This document shows positions 37,341 through 49,331 of a stretch of DNA of 64,000 nt, in pieces. Both the position numbers and the translations under genes were made by a program. Below the pieces are notes generated by a model, which saw only the letters and a program-made list of their open reading frames with translations, searched no databases and was not told the origin of the DNA. Numbering within the stretch: the stretch's first letter is position 1; each line of letters opens with the position of its first letter. Origin of the DNA: Lepidodermella squamata (taxonomy: Eukaryota; Animalia; Gastrotricha); NCBI GenBank assembly GCA_047495785.1, contig JBLDXI010000020.1, positions 1,860,001 to 1,924,000 on the forward strand. The letters are read 5' to 3'.

Positions 37341-38318
37341 AAAAAATTATGTAAAAATGGTTAAAATATACCACATAATTATGTACAAATGGGGCACCCT
37401 TTCAAACAAATTTCTAAAAAATTCAAAAAATTCAAAAAATTCTCCCGCGCAATTTAGATAAAATAAAAAGTTATGTCATTTCCTTAGTTTTTGGGGATGA
37501 TGCTGGTATTATGAATTCTTAGACTTGGACTACCCGATTTGAATAAAAAAATGAAAAATATGGCTTACATGAACAAATCCCAATATATTTTTTAATTGAA
37601 TCGTCCGTCAGGTCCAATTATTAGGCGACATCTTCTATCAAGAAAAGTTGAGATCATAAAGTCAGTAAAGGAATATGTTGAATGAATGTTACAACTTTTA
37701 TATATCACGACAATGATGAGAAATTGTTGAACAAATAGAGAAAGAAATAAGCGTGGGTTTGTTTTCCCGAAATCCGTCGCCCAGATATATTCTGTCTCGG
37801 CAAACATTATATGCCTGCACCTGATAGAGGTAGAAATGCTATTAAAACATACGCTTGCCTCTGTGTCGTGAATGAGGGGCTTTTTTCACCATGATCAATT
37901 TCATTAAATTTAGCGCAGCGCATCGGTCATTCGATTGACGCCAACGAAGCGTGTGGTCATCCATCATGAGCCGCGTGATTCGACCTACGACGATGTGTTT
38001 ATTAGGTATATAAGCCGCGACATGTCTACGGTGAGTAATCCAATCGAAGCCAAATCAGCCGAATAGAGGGGGTGCTATAGGTGTGGATGCCCTCACGAGC
38101 AATTGTCATTCTCCTTTTCTCTCAAGGTTTTTTTGCGATTTAGGTCATGACACTTCTTCACTAATAAAGTTTCCAATTTACGTAAAAACCCGGACGTAGA
38201 CGGGATTGCACTTGTTAAGCTTCGAAAAATGCCCCGAGTATTGAACTAAGCCCTAAATCCGCCGATATTTACATAACAACAATTCATTATAGATATTTAA
38301 CTTGTAACGAATCGAGCG

Positions 38319-38751
38319 ATGAATCATCTTCTGAGCGCAGTCTTTCTGATGACCCTTGCGATTTGCATCAACGCGGAAGTTGAAGCACAGGTAGATCAAG
38401 TTCCGGAGGTTACAGCTGGCTCGATCAATCCGCAGCCTAGTATGGGAGCCAACTACATTTCAAGCGTTGATGACGTCGATTCATTGCTGGCCAATGACAT
38501 CTCCGCATTGTCAGACGCAAATCTCGAGGCTCTGCTCGCCATGGTTGAGTTGAACATTAAAAAGCTGAGTATGCAACAGTGCAATCAATGCTTCACGGTA
38601 ATTTTCATTCCTAACTTGATAGGCCTTTCCTAATGTGATTATGTTTACTTGTTAGGTTGGAAGCAAGATGATGCAGCGATGCGTTGGTATGAAATCAAGG
38701 TTGCGGAAGAACTACATCAAAAAGTTTTGCCCTAAAATGAATGTCGATTAA
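38319..38751 (+). CDS. Secreted 4-Cys family member 6 (short loop)
   Basis: Signal peptide...CNQCFT | intron 38598-38655 | VGSKMMQRCVGMKSRLRKNYIKKFCPKMNVD*. Confidence 0.9.
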
Positions 38752-38979
38752 GTTGAATATTTTTACAATTTTAAGTGCATGATTGAGTGTAGTCGTGACA
38801 ATTAATCAGTATAATTTGATAGATTTAGAAATGTCCAGCCTGGTGCTGTTATCTGGAACCTTCCCTTTTCACGCCTAATAAATGTTGACACATGAGTCCC
38901 TGAGACTGAGTCATCCATGTGATTTCAACGAATAAAAGCGCAACTTTTGAGTAAAACGTTTTTCCGATCTAAATTCCTA

Positions 38980-40485
38980 ATGGAAAATCTGAAAGGAACT
39001 AGATGCGTGGTCTGCAGCAAACCTAACGACAAAGTGCGATGTGGAGTTTTTGCCTGCGAAGCTTGCAAGGTTAGTAGATTTTACGTGAATTCCATCGTTT
39101 CTTATTTCCGTTTATCACAGAAATTCTTCGTAAGAAATACTGAGGAAGCCTTCAACTTGAAATGCTTCACAGGCCTTGGAAACTGTCAGATCATATCGCA
39201 GCAAGGGAAAGCACCATGCACCAAATGCCGATACGTCAAATGCTTGGAGGTTGGGATGCAGGTGAAAGGAAGTCCTAACGCTGGATTGGCCCTTCCAGCG
39301 ACATTACCCGAAAGCATTTTGCTGCCAGCTACCCGCCCAGTATTCCCTCATCAAGATTCCGTACCCAGCATAATTCAAGGGCCAGAAATGCATGATGCGA
39401 TGATGTTGGAAAACGTCCTTCAAAGCATTATGAACTCTCATCGATCGTTGACGGGGTTGGAATCCGTGAGTTTGCCCGTATAATCAGTCTTTCGTTGTGG
39501 ATATTTGCTGATTTCAGCTCCCGATGTCATCAAATGTTCCAACCAGTGATAGCAGCCATATTTACTGGCAAACATGCATGAAGCACTTTAATGGTAAAAT
39601 TTCCACCTTAATTTTGCTCGCTGCCCTAATTTCAGCTTTAGTCATGTCCTCCATTGTGGTTTCTTACATCAAGCAACTTCCCGGGTTTCTAATGCTGCCA
39701 ATGACAGATCGGTGTCAGATGTTTGGGAAAGCCATGATTCCTATTGCTGTAGTAAGACTTTCCGCAGCAGCTGCTGCGCTAACAGGAACCGGTGCTAGAC
39801 CGCCAACTTTTCCTTTCTTCGGCGTGAACGATGTCAATATGGGCGAGCTGCTGTTTCACTTTCCATTTTTGATTGTAAGTTTGTTCATGGCGAATTTTCC
39901 CGTTAATAACTTCCCTTTAGCAATCTCTTAAAAAATTTCAGGAGGTAGCGAATGTTTTGTCTTCGTGGCAGCCGACAACAGCCGAATTAGCGCTTTTAGA
40001 GGCGTGCTTATTCTATCAAGGTAAAGCTGACATATTTCGCATTGTGGGGTAATAAGTCGGTCACTGTCAATTATAGCGGGACTGTTCAGTTCGGTGAAAA
40101 TCGATCAAGTGTCGTTAATTCAGGAGGCGAACAAGTGGATTGAGGACTGCTTGGGTGCATTCCTGTCATCTATGACTCAGGATAGTTGTGTCATCCGGCA
40201 AAGAGTACGTTACCCATAATTCATATAAAATCTCCATAAACGATATGACGAACACAGAGCGCTTATTTTCGAGCTGTACTTGACTTGGTGAGATTCGCTG
40301 CGGAAAGTCATGGCGACACAATGATGCGCTTCAGGATGGCAAGGCCTGATCATTTCGACCAAGATCAACATCGAGTGTACTCTGAAATGATAAAGATGCT
40401 AAGTAGCAGCAATCCATCTATTGCTTCATCATTGGAAAAATCGCCATTCAGCAGTCCTTCCCCATTATTCGATATATCTGAATGA
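38980..40485 (+). CDS. Divergent nuclear hormone receptor (one C4 DBD plus LBD)
   Basis: CVVC...CEACK|KFFVRN...C..GLGNC...CTKCRYVKCLEVGM; LBD signature YIKQLPGFLMLPMTDR; several ~50-nt introns. Confidence 0.9.
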
Positions 40486-41351
40486 TTGAAATAATGAATT
40501 TTAGCATACCCGAGTGCTTTCAAACGAAAGCTGAACATTTTCTAGTCGAGTAAACTCACAGATGTTATGAGAAAAGAAAATTTGTTTTCAATTAAACAAC
40601 GGCGCATTTTATGGATAATTAACCTCTAACATTATCCGTCGAGACTAGTGCGGTACTGAGAAGTATCAGCTTGTTTACTGTCCCAATAAATAGGGAAACA
40701 TTGATCCCCAGAAAAATCAAAAACTTGTTTACCAGAAGATAATGCTAGAAGAGCAGGTAGCTGAAAAACGTTCAACGCGCTCATCACCCGCATTGTCACG
40801 TATTCGAGGGTTAAATTTCTTTCAAACTTGAAACCCAATATGGATGTTTACGAAGATACGTGTTTGCTACTCACAGTAAAATTCGAACTTCATGTGTTGC
40901 GCCTTCGGACGTTCTTGATTTCACCTATCAGGCCCCGGACTTTTTTCATGTAATTCGACAGGATTCTCCTTTGAATAGTCAGAGCAAGAGCATGTTGTGA
41001 TCTGCTTGGGATGCTCTTTCGCCGTGCGTGCGTGGGAAAAGTATACGTAGTTCAAATGGGTCGTAGATTGATGCCTGGGCGTTCATATAAATTCGCGAGA
41101 GAGAGTGATCAGGTTTTCAACAATTTTCAACTCGAGATTCATTCTCTAACATGATGCGTTTCTATACTTAGGCACGGTCTTAATTTTTAGCCCAATTTCG
41201 ATTAGGACAACTCGGATTACTCGGTAGAATGCGTTTTTTACAACTACAGCAATGGCCGTTAATTGAAGCGGAAGCTTACTCCCACACATTCAATTTCTGC
41301 CTCAGAGTCATGCCTTTTTTAATTTTAGAAAATTCAGAAGATTTTTAAAAG

Positions 41352-41732
41352 ATGAAGTACCTCCTAATGATTATCCTGTCTAGCCTACTAGTATGCAATA
41401 TTTTCGCTAGTCCCATTGACCGGACGAGTGGCGACTTTTTCGACGATGATCTCGATGCTATTGATGAGACCATGGGCTATGACAACTACGAAGATATTGA
41501 TGATAACCAGCTCTCCGATCTGATTGATCTGCTAAACACCAAAATCGAAGATTTAGGCGAAAAGCAGTGCAGACGATGCTTTAAGGTAACATCTTTTATT
41601 CGTAATTAAAAAATGTCTCTTACGTCATCTCTCATTCATCAGTTTAACCCCGCCATAGAAGCAACATGTTTGGAGCTTCATGGCTCTCAGCGAGCTAATT
41701 ATCTGACGGATAACTGTGGCAAGGAGAAGTAG
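41352..41732 (+). CDS. Secreted 4-Cys family member 7 (short loop)
   Basis: Signal peptide, Asp-rich region, CRRCFK | intron 41586-41642 | FNPAIEATCLELHGSQRANYLTDNCGKEK*. Confidence 0.9.
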
Positions 41733-42133
41733 GAGTGAGCGGCTATAACATTGATGTGTTTAGTTTCTAACGTCTACGTGGAATAAAATAACACTGCTAT
41801 CAGTATTTGCAAACTTCAATGATTTGAAAATATTTCTATAGATCATCTAGGCAGGCGTTATAATTTGATTAAACGGAAGCGGACTTGGAGCCATCGTCAT
41901 CGATTAAGTATCTATCACCTGATTGCGAAGGCGATAAAATTATCCGTATGACCAAGCAAGTGTTTGTCACGCTACAGGAAACAAGGCGAAACTGACGATA
42001 ATTTAATATGTCACAATGATAAGACAGATAAATAAATACTAGCAGACATCAAGGTATCACAGTTCCGCTTCATATATCAAATCTCACATTACTTGAGCGA
42101 AATTGAAATCTTATTTACTGCATAAACTCGGAA

Positions 42134-42525
42134 ATGCTACGCATCCTTTTACCCCTGCTCATCTGCTCGAGTTTGAGTCTGGTAACGGCACAGTATTCAA
42201 ATGCCCTGCCGGAACAAGTGAACAATTCTGGTGCTCTGCAGATTCATATCAAAGGAAGCTTGGCCGCCCTGAGTGAAAATGACCTCGAGGACTTCTTCTT
42301 CTTCGTGCAACAGCGCTTAAACAACTTGACTGCATCCGAATGTGCCTCGTGCTTCAAGGTAACACAGATCCTAGATAAATTTTGATCTAAACTGTTTAAA
42401 TTCTATGCTAACAGGCGAACAAGAACAAGCAACAACTGTGCCAGTCGCTGACAAGCATCAAACGGGCTCAATTTATTGCGAACAACTGTCCGAATCGTCG
42501 AGGCAAAAATTTTGGAGAAGCTTAA
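42134..42525 (+). CDS. Secreted 4-Cys family member 8 (short loop)
   Basis: CASCFK | intron 42359-42414 | ANKNKQQLCQSLTSIKRAQFIANNCPNRRGKNFGEA*. Confidence 0.9.
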
Positions 42526-43555
42526 CTTTCACCGTCTGAATTCTTAGCAGCACGATGTAGTTATCACTTATTATCACATGGGTATATGTTATGATCTAGC
42601 GTTGTGTTTCGATGGAACTAACATGAAATGAGAAATTTGAACGATAGTTGATCTATTTAGATTTAAAAAACCAAACATTTTATGAATAAAGGAGGCAGGA
42701 ACCGCTGTTAGTTAAATTCTCTTGTGCTTGAATTTTATGCGATCAATTGATCATACCCATCATTCTACGAAAAGCGGTGTCTTACGCCGAAATAGGCAAA
42801 GGAAATATATGAATGCTAATAAGATATGCTACAAGGAGTCTAATGAACCTTCAATTTCTCACCCATAAACCATTCCTAATCATGAAAGACAAATTACAGC
42901 ATTCACCTCGCCGATTGTCTTCCTTTTTCAAATATCAAATTTAAACTTCGAGTTGGCATCCATAAATTGCACATATTCGTAATAAATTCAGTAAGGACAA
43001 GGTCGAAATCGAACTTCCTCTTAAAAGTTGACCTTATTTGTTAGTCATGCACTTTCTTTGAAAGTGAAACCAGGGATCCGTACGTTCCCCGTTTCCGCGA
43101 AAATGTCCAACTTCCATGAGTATCATTCCGATCACGCATTCATGAACGAGCTGATTCAGAGAACTTCGTTCTGCTATCAATGATTTTGCCCAAGTATGCA
43201 GTGCTACGCCTACGGATAATTAGAGTCACACTATTAATTAGTTACGTTCTTCAACTCGATGCTCTCGATAGATTTGAGCAACTGACCTGAGCTGAGTTCG
43301 CGGGCATAAAGTGATCCAGCCTAAGATGGTCATATCTAATTGTCTTGGGTCTGATGAACATGAACGTCACGCGGTATCATGAAAATCAAACGCTGTGGCC
43401 TTAAAATTGTCAATCCCAATCAATCTCGTCACCACGCGCTTGGCTATCCAATCCATATAAATAGTAGGTATTTGCGAAAGCTGAACAGCTAAAAATCCGC
43501 ATTCTTTAACAAAATAAATTATACAGGAAATTGATTTTCCTTTTCACACAAGAGA

Positions 43556-43970
43556 ATGCAACGACGACTCTCCTTTATCATGTCAGTAGCTGTAATGTTG
43601 CCAACCTTCATCGCCGCTAATCCACTGGCTGGAAACATTCTTCTTGAAGTTGCCCCTGACGCCAATAATGGGAGTAGCCCTAAAGCCGATCAAGCCGATT
43701 CTGAAGTGCTGACACTTTCACAAATTGAACAGGAGCTCGAGCCACTGTCTGACAGTGAGTTGCAGCGATTTCTCGACTTCGTTGAAGAGCGATACAATAT
43801 GCTGACAACTGAGGAGTGCAATAAGTGCTTTGGGGTAGGTTGCTTCATTCGCTGTATTCCTTTTTTATTTTGTTGTTTTTGATAAGGTTGGATCATTGCA
43901 AGCTCAGGAATGCCTCATGCTGCCACCTGATGAGAGATCGCCGATCATCCGCAGTTATTGCAGGCCCTAA
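43556..43970 (+). CDS. Secreted 4-Cys family member 9 (short loop)
   Basis: CNKCFG | intron 43835-43886 | VGSLQAQECLMLPPDERSPIIRSYCRP*; TATAAATA ~100 bp upstream. Confidence 0.9.
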
Positions 43971-45691
43971 ATCTCGACTGTTAGGAATGGAAATGAACCG
44001 ATATTCAATATTCAATAAACCTTTAACTAGGAAAAATAGATAATAAAAAATAAAGAATACTTAGGATGAACATAATAAGGTAATTATAACTTTTACAGTG
44101 AGCAGCTTCCTTTTTATTTCAAATTCTATCTTCAAGCTGTGACAAAGACGAAACCAAAATGAATTTTAGGGGAACAAATCACAGTAAGAAAAGTTCAACC
44201 TAACTTTCAACATTCCACTCCTTAAGGTAGATGAGGTCTTAAGTTTAAAACATGTTAAGCCAGACTATACCTCATCCGACATGTTTCGGCTTTATAAAAT
44301 ACGGACAATACTGAATCGCCATGAGGGGACTAATGAATTAGCCACTTCCAGCTATGTAATTCCAAAACTGTTCGCATTAAATTGCATGTCCAGAAGTTTG
44401 GCTCGAATCAGACATCAAACTATTACTCTCTAAGGTAATTCATTAGTCAAAAGTTCAAATACCTGAGGCGGTGCCAACAATTGACTACCCCGACATTTAA
44501 GGTCCGTAGCTTGCGCCCAGACAAATGAGCCAAAATAAACATGCGCAAAAGGCCGGGGCTCAAGTATTTTTGGACGCAAGTGACGTCGGCAACTGGGGCT
44601 GTCAATTCTCTATCCTCATATGTAAGGTATTGTTAAGGACGATTTTTGAGGACGATTTTGAATGTGTACAAAACTCGTCATTCGGCTGAAGCGGTCAACG
44701 TTATTCTGTTATAGATCATCTCGAACCTCGAAACCTCTTTAGCCATTATCGCAAATTTAGCACGATTTAAACTGATTTAAGCACCAATTTGCACGGTTTT
44801 TTTCTAAGGGTCTTCTTATTGATCACAGACAGTTCAGCTTGTTGTTAGCGATGCGAGGCTGTCTGATATGAGTCACTTTCCGCCTCCTGTTTTCTAGCGC
44901 ATAAAAATAGACGTTTTCGGCGCCGCTAGCAATAATTTTCCGGATTCAACAACTTTCAAGCCGGATAACCCCAATTTCCGGCGGAACTTGGGGATACCTC
45001 GAGTTATTAAACTTTCAGGCAACTATTTTGAACGAGCACCCTTGGGATTCTCCAGGGAGCAGATTTGAAGCCCCTTCCCCAAACCGAATCATTCCAGTGA
45101 ATTATCGAATTTTATATGAACATTCCAGCCTGAATGGTGATAGTGAATCATCTTACCTTAATGGAGCTTAATGAAGATAAGTCACCGTCGTGCCTGGAAA
45201 AGCTTTTGTACACTTAATAAATTGGGGACGGCAAGAAATCATATAATTTAATCACTGGACTGTCGGTTTCATCGAGAGTGTTACTAATTGCAATCAATTA
45301 GAAATTATAAAAACCGGTCATGTACACGAATGGGAATAGCTAGGACGTTGAAGGGTAAATTCGGGGACATGATGGTAGATTATCTGGTAAATCGGAGACA
45401 GCACGGGATGATTTTCGATTATTATTCTATTTTTTCCGGGCAATGACCGACCCGCACCGCTCGCCTGATTCTGCATCAGAATTGCTTGACGGCTCGTTAA
45501 ATTGACAAGCGTGAAATTTTCGGCGACAAAAATCTCATCAAACAGTTTCATTCAACTTCAAATATCATCGAGCGTGTTAATTGCCGCTGTCAACTGCCAA
45601 TTAATACAGGACATTCAAAACGATCCTGATTACAACACCCGCATTTTCAGTAGAAAAAGCAAGCCCGTCACATTGTTAATTTTCTACAGCA

Positions 45692-46088
45692 ATGACTTCT
45701 ACAAAATTAATTTTTGCTCTTTTAGTCTCTCATCATTTCTACTGCCTGGCCAGGGGCGAGAGAGAACAGAGTCTCCAGACCAGGCACAACTTATCACTAT
45801 CGCCTACTGTAAAATCCAGCCTGCGTGAGTTTTTTTATTCAATAACTATTGCGTTAGCTCTGAATTTATTTGGTTTATATAGAAAAGCTGATCAAGCAAC
45901 TAATGCAAGAGAAAGATGTCGACGCACTGACCCATATTGTGCTGTCATTTCGAGTTCTCAATCACCAGAACCGACTGAGGAAGTGCCTGAAACTTCTAGG
46001 GTCCAAGGCGATTTGCGACAACCAAGTCGCTTTCTACATATGGGCACAAATGCTAGCTAAAGAAGTCATGACGGGGAGCGAACTCTAA
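45692..46088 (+). CDS. Small secreted helical protein with C-x9-C, 2 exons
   Basis: MTSTKLIFALLVSHHFYCLA...SSL | phase-1 intron ~45825-45881 | QKLIKQLMQEKD...RLRKCLKLLGSKAICDNQVAFYIWAQMLAKEVMTGSEL*. Confidence 0.75.
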
Positions 46089-46754
46089 AGGAGGCGAAAT
46101 CGAAATAATTATAAATTGTCAGCTCTCATCAATCAGCTGATGTTGAAAATAAAAGTCAACGACTCACGTCCACTTGTTAGAGCTTTATCAAACTCGATTT
46201 TAATATCTTCCTCCCTCAATTTGGACCCTTCAAGTGGGCCCTTGATAGCAGCAGAAGGGCTTGAAATATACTTTTCGAGTATCATCAGTGGGAGGAATCG
46301 ATGGCTAATCAAAAATTTAGCGGACCAAAACAAAGTTCGATGCACACAATTTTGAACATAGCTTCTAATATCCCGTTCCGATACGTTATCAACTTCATTA
46401 TTTATAGCCACTTATATAATCTATAATAGATGCCTCCCACCTGGTTGCAAGTTCCGGCTATCAATATTGATATAGTAAACACGGCGGAAATAATTTCTCC
46501 CTAGGACAGATGTCTTTATGCCTTGAATCAAATTGCCGAACTTTTTTACGATAAAATCGTTGAAGATTTTGCATCTCATGAATTTAATAATGAGTATCTC
46601 TTTTTTGTTTACACAGATTAATGATTCACTGATTTCTCCGTAGCTGCTGGTTTTCCGAATATATTATTCCTATAATTCTCGTCAGGTCGAGTTCGTGTAG
46701 TTCTTCTTACTTCGTTATACTACGAGTTTTATTAGCCTGGACATTTTTTCTAGA

Positions 46755-47132
46755 ATGCTGACTCAATTGAGTTTAATTGTATTTTGCTTGTTGGCCTTCG
46801 CTTCGGTCGAAGTCGGAGCTCAAATGAAGCTAGCCAGTGAAATAACCGATGCGAAACTTGCGGAAAATGTTCAAAAGATGTTCAAATCCCCGGCTCACGT
46901 ACGGTTATGGAACCGTTTTCAAAGTTTGGTCGACAATAACCGAGCGATTTTAGAAGTGACAGCCCAGGCATGCTCTCAATGCTTTGAGGTCAATTGGGAC
47001 ATATTTTCCATATCCTAAAAATTTAAATTTGCCTATTTTTAGTACAAGTTGGTACTGGCCTTAAAGTGTCTCCACCAACCGGTTGTCGCACGGGTGTCGA
47101 TGATTTACAACTACTGCAGTGTTGCAATATGA
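46755..47132 (+). CDS. Secreted 4-Cys family member 10 (short loop)
   Basis: CSQCFE | intron 46989-47042 | YKLVLALKCLHQPVVARVSMIYNYCSVAI*. Confidence 0.9.
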
Positions 47133-47512
47133 ATTTTTCTAAATAAATGTGATTAATTTGTCGATGTGGGTTAATGCAATTTCCTATTTATAGAAGGGGG
47201 TTTTGTTATAATGAAACAAACTCTGCGAAAATCGATGCCTTGAAATCGATTTTTTATTACGGGGGTTTTAAAATTTTTGTGTGAGACAAACACCTCCGGG
47301 CGCTAGACGCATTAAAGCTGGCAAGCGGTTTACAACAAAATGATGACACCCACAAACTTCCTATTTTCTCATCATGCGAAATGGAGAAATGCATCACGGA
47401 GAGAAAACGGAAATTAGTCGTAATTTGACACACGGGATAATGGCTTTATGTATATCGGTTATGTCTTACTGTGCATTTTTCATAAAAATTGAATATCGCA
47501 TTTTTATTAAAC

Positions 47513-48035
47513 ATGTCTAGTGTAATTAGAATGACGCGAGTGATGTTCCTACTGGGAATGTTGGTTGGTATAGAGATTTCCGCCGAATTAGCTACAGCTT
47601 CGGCTTGGAAGCGACTTTTCACAACGGCCAGTGTTATCGAGCAAAATTCTGCTACCGACAGAAGTCCATACGACTTCTGCACGTCACTGGAGTACAAAAA
47701 GCTGAAGCATAGCATCGAGTTGGCAAATACGCTCAATCAGGCGGTTACTTATGGCAAGAAGAAACCTGGTCTATCTAGCGCCGAGAGCAGCGCCCGCCTT
47801 GCTAGCTATGTGAAGATTCTAAATGACCTGCAAGTGACGATTGGCGAGCTAAGCAGCAGGGCCTGCACGAAACGATACGGGGTGAGTTGCAATTGTAGAT
47901 TGATTCCAGCAAGTTTTTATCGTTTTTTTCCGATTTCAGGCTGATAAGCTTGGTATGCTCAACTGCCTGCGCCGCGACAGCGTTGAACGTGCGGCTTTCT
48001 TACTCGCCAACTGTAAATATGGGAAAAAGCATTGA
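47513..48035 (+). CDS. Secreted 4-Cys family member 11 (Cys2 replaced by Arg)
   Basis: CTKRYG | intron 47882-47939 | ADKLGMLNCLRRDSVERAAFLLANCKYGKKH*; extra upstream Cys (YDFCTS). Confidence 0.85.
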
Positions 48036-49204
48036 AAGAACGAAACTCTGTTACGATAGATTAGGCCGTTTTTGTCTCGATGAGACTTTCATTCAGGAAC
48101 TTTCAATAAAAGCTGGCACATAAAATGTAACGTTGTCGTGTTGGTAAACAGCTGAGATCTCTCGATTTTCTCATCTACGTAATCTGCGTAACTTGAAGCG
48201 TTCAGAATGCATTCGGAACCTTCGTATTCAGTTCAGGTTCATATCTGCAAGATCTTCTATGGCATGGGGTTGATCTCTTGTCAATTTTACAAAAAATTGT
48301 ACGATTGAGCGTGCTTTGAAACTCCATTCACAAGAATTTCCGAGAAGGAAAAAAGATTCCAACATGTCACCTGTCACCTTGAAGTCAATTATTTTCGAAC
48401 TCATCAGCTCATCTTTTTGCTTTCGCTGTGCCTCGGACGTGGCTCCTCGTCCTTCGGACGTTTTTCGCCTTTATTACTCATAGTCCCTTGCAATCAATTT
48501 CCTAATATAAAAAATGTTCGTTTTAGCAATTAGCGATATGATTCATTATCATCCATTTTAAGAAGCATCCAGGCGCCAGATTACAGAACTCCCACAAAAC
48601 CCCCACGACATTAGTGACGCAGGTGCAGGGCGATAATGCGGGAGTAATTCCTTTCATTCATTTATAAGATTCGCCCTGGTGACAAATCCCTCACGTGCGA
48701 TGCCCGCCCTAGAGTTAAATTCCAAGAGTTTTCGTTAATCTAGACCTCCCTCACATAATCTGTGAGTAAAACCACAAGAACTTTCATCAAATCCTATTAC
48801 TTACGCCCTAAAGATGTTCTTCGAAATCGACACCACTAAACCGCACAGCCTGCATTTTATGATGATGAAAAAAGAAAGCAGCTATCGTTACCATTCACTC
48901 AGCCATAAAGCTACAGAAGAGATCTAAAGTATTGCCATGGTGTTCAGCTTCCAAAAGATGTTTGGCACGCTTAAACTGATGAATCATTCATGTCATTATT
49001 TTCAAGGACAGTAAAGGCGTGGAAAGAAGACGGAAGTTATAGTGACGCAGATGCAGGGTAATATTTAGAACGGAAGTCACCCTAGACATCATTTTGTCAT
49101 TTTGGTCAAGGCGCCAGATCAAAAACTCCTACGTTTTCCTCAATTGAAAATTGTCTTGTTGCATCGTTGAAAAATATCAATCAAGCGTTTGTCTCAGTTC
49201 CAAA

Positions 49205-49331
49205 CAGGGCCGGATTATAACTGATTGGAGGCCCGCGGGCACTGTCGAAATGGCGACAATTTTCTAGAAAATGTGTACATTTGCTCCTCATTTCATGCGG
49301 CCCCCGGGCACATGCGTTAATCCGAACCCCA
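49205..49331. mobile_element. Possible degenerate MITE
   Basis: Begins CAGGGCCGGATTA and ends TAATCCGAACCCC (imperfect inverted match); internal GGCCC.CGGGCAC occurs twice. No TSD found. Confidence 0.35.

Noticed and set aside
41900-42090. GATA-site cluster upstream of member 8 suggesting gut expression
   Set aside because: Few strict WGATAR matches, expected by chance in AT-rich DNA, and not evidently shared by other members.
48570-49130. Short locally duplicated motifs (AGGCGCCAGAT..., TAGTGACGCAG.TGCAGGG)
   Set aside because: Only ~20-bp blocks in shuffled order; no element structure or family pseudogene recognisable.
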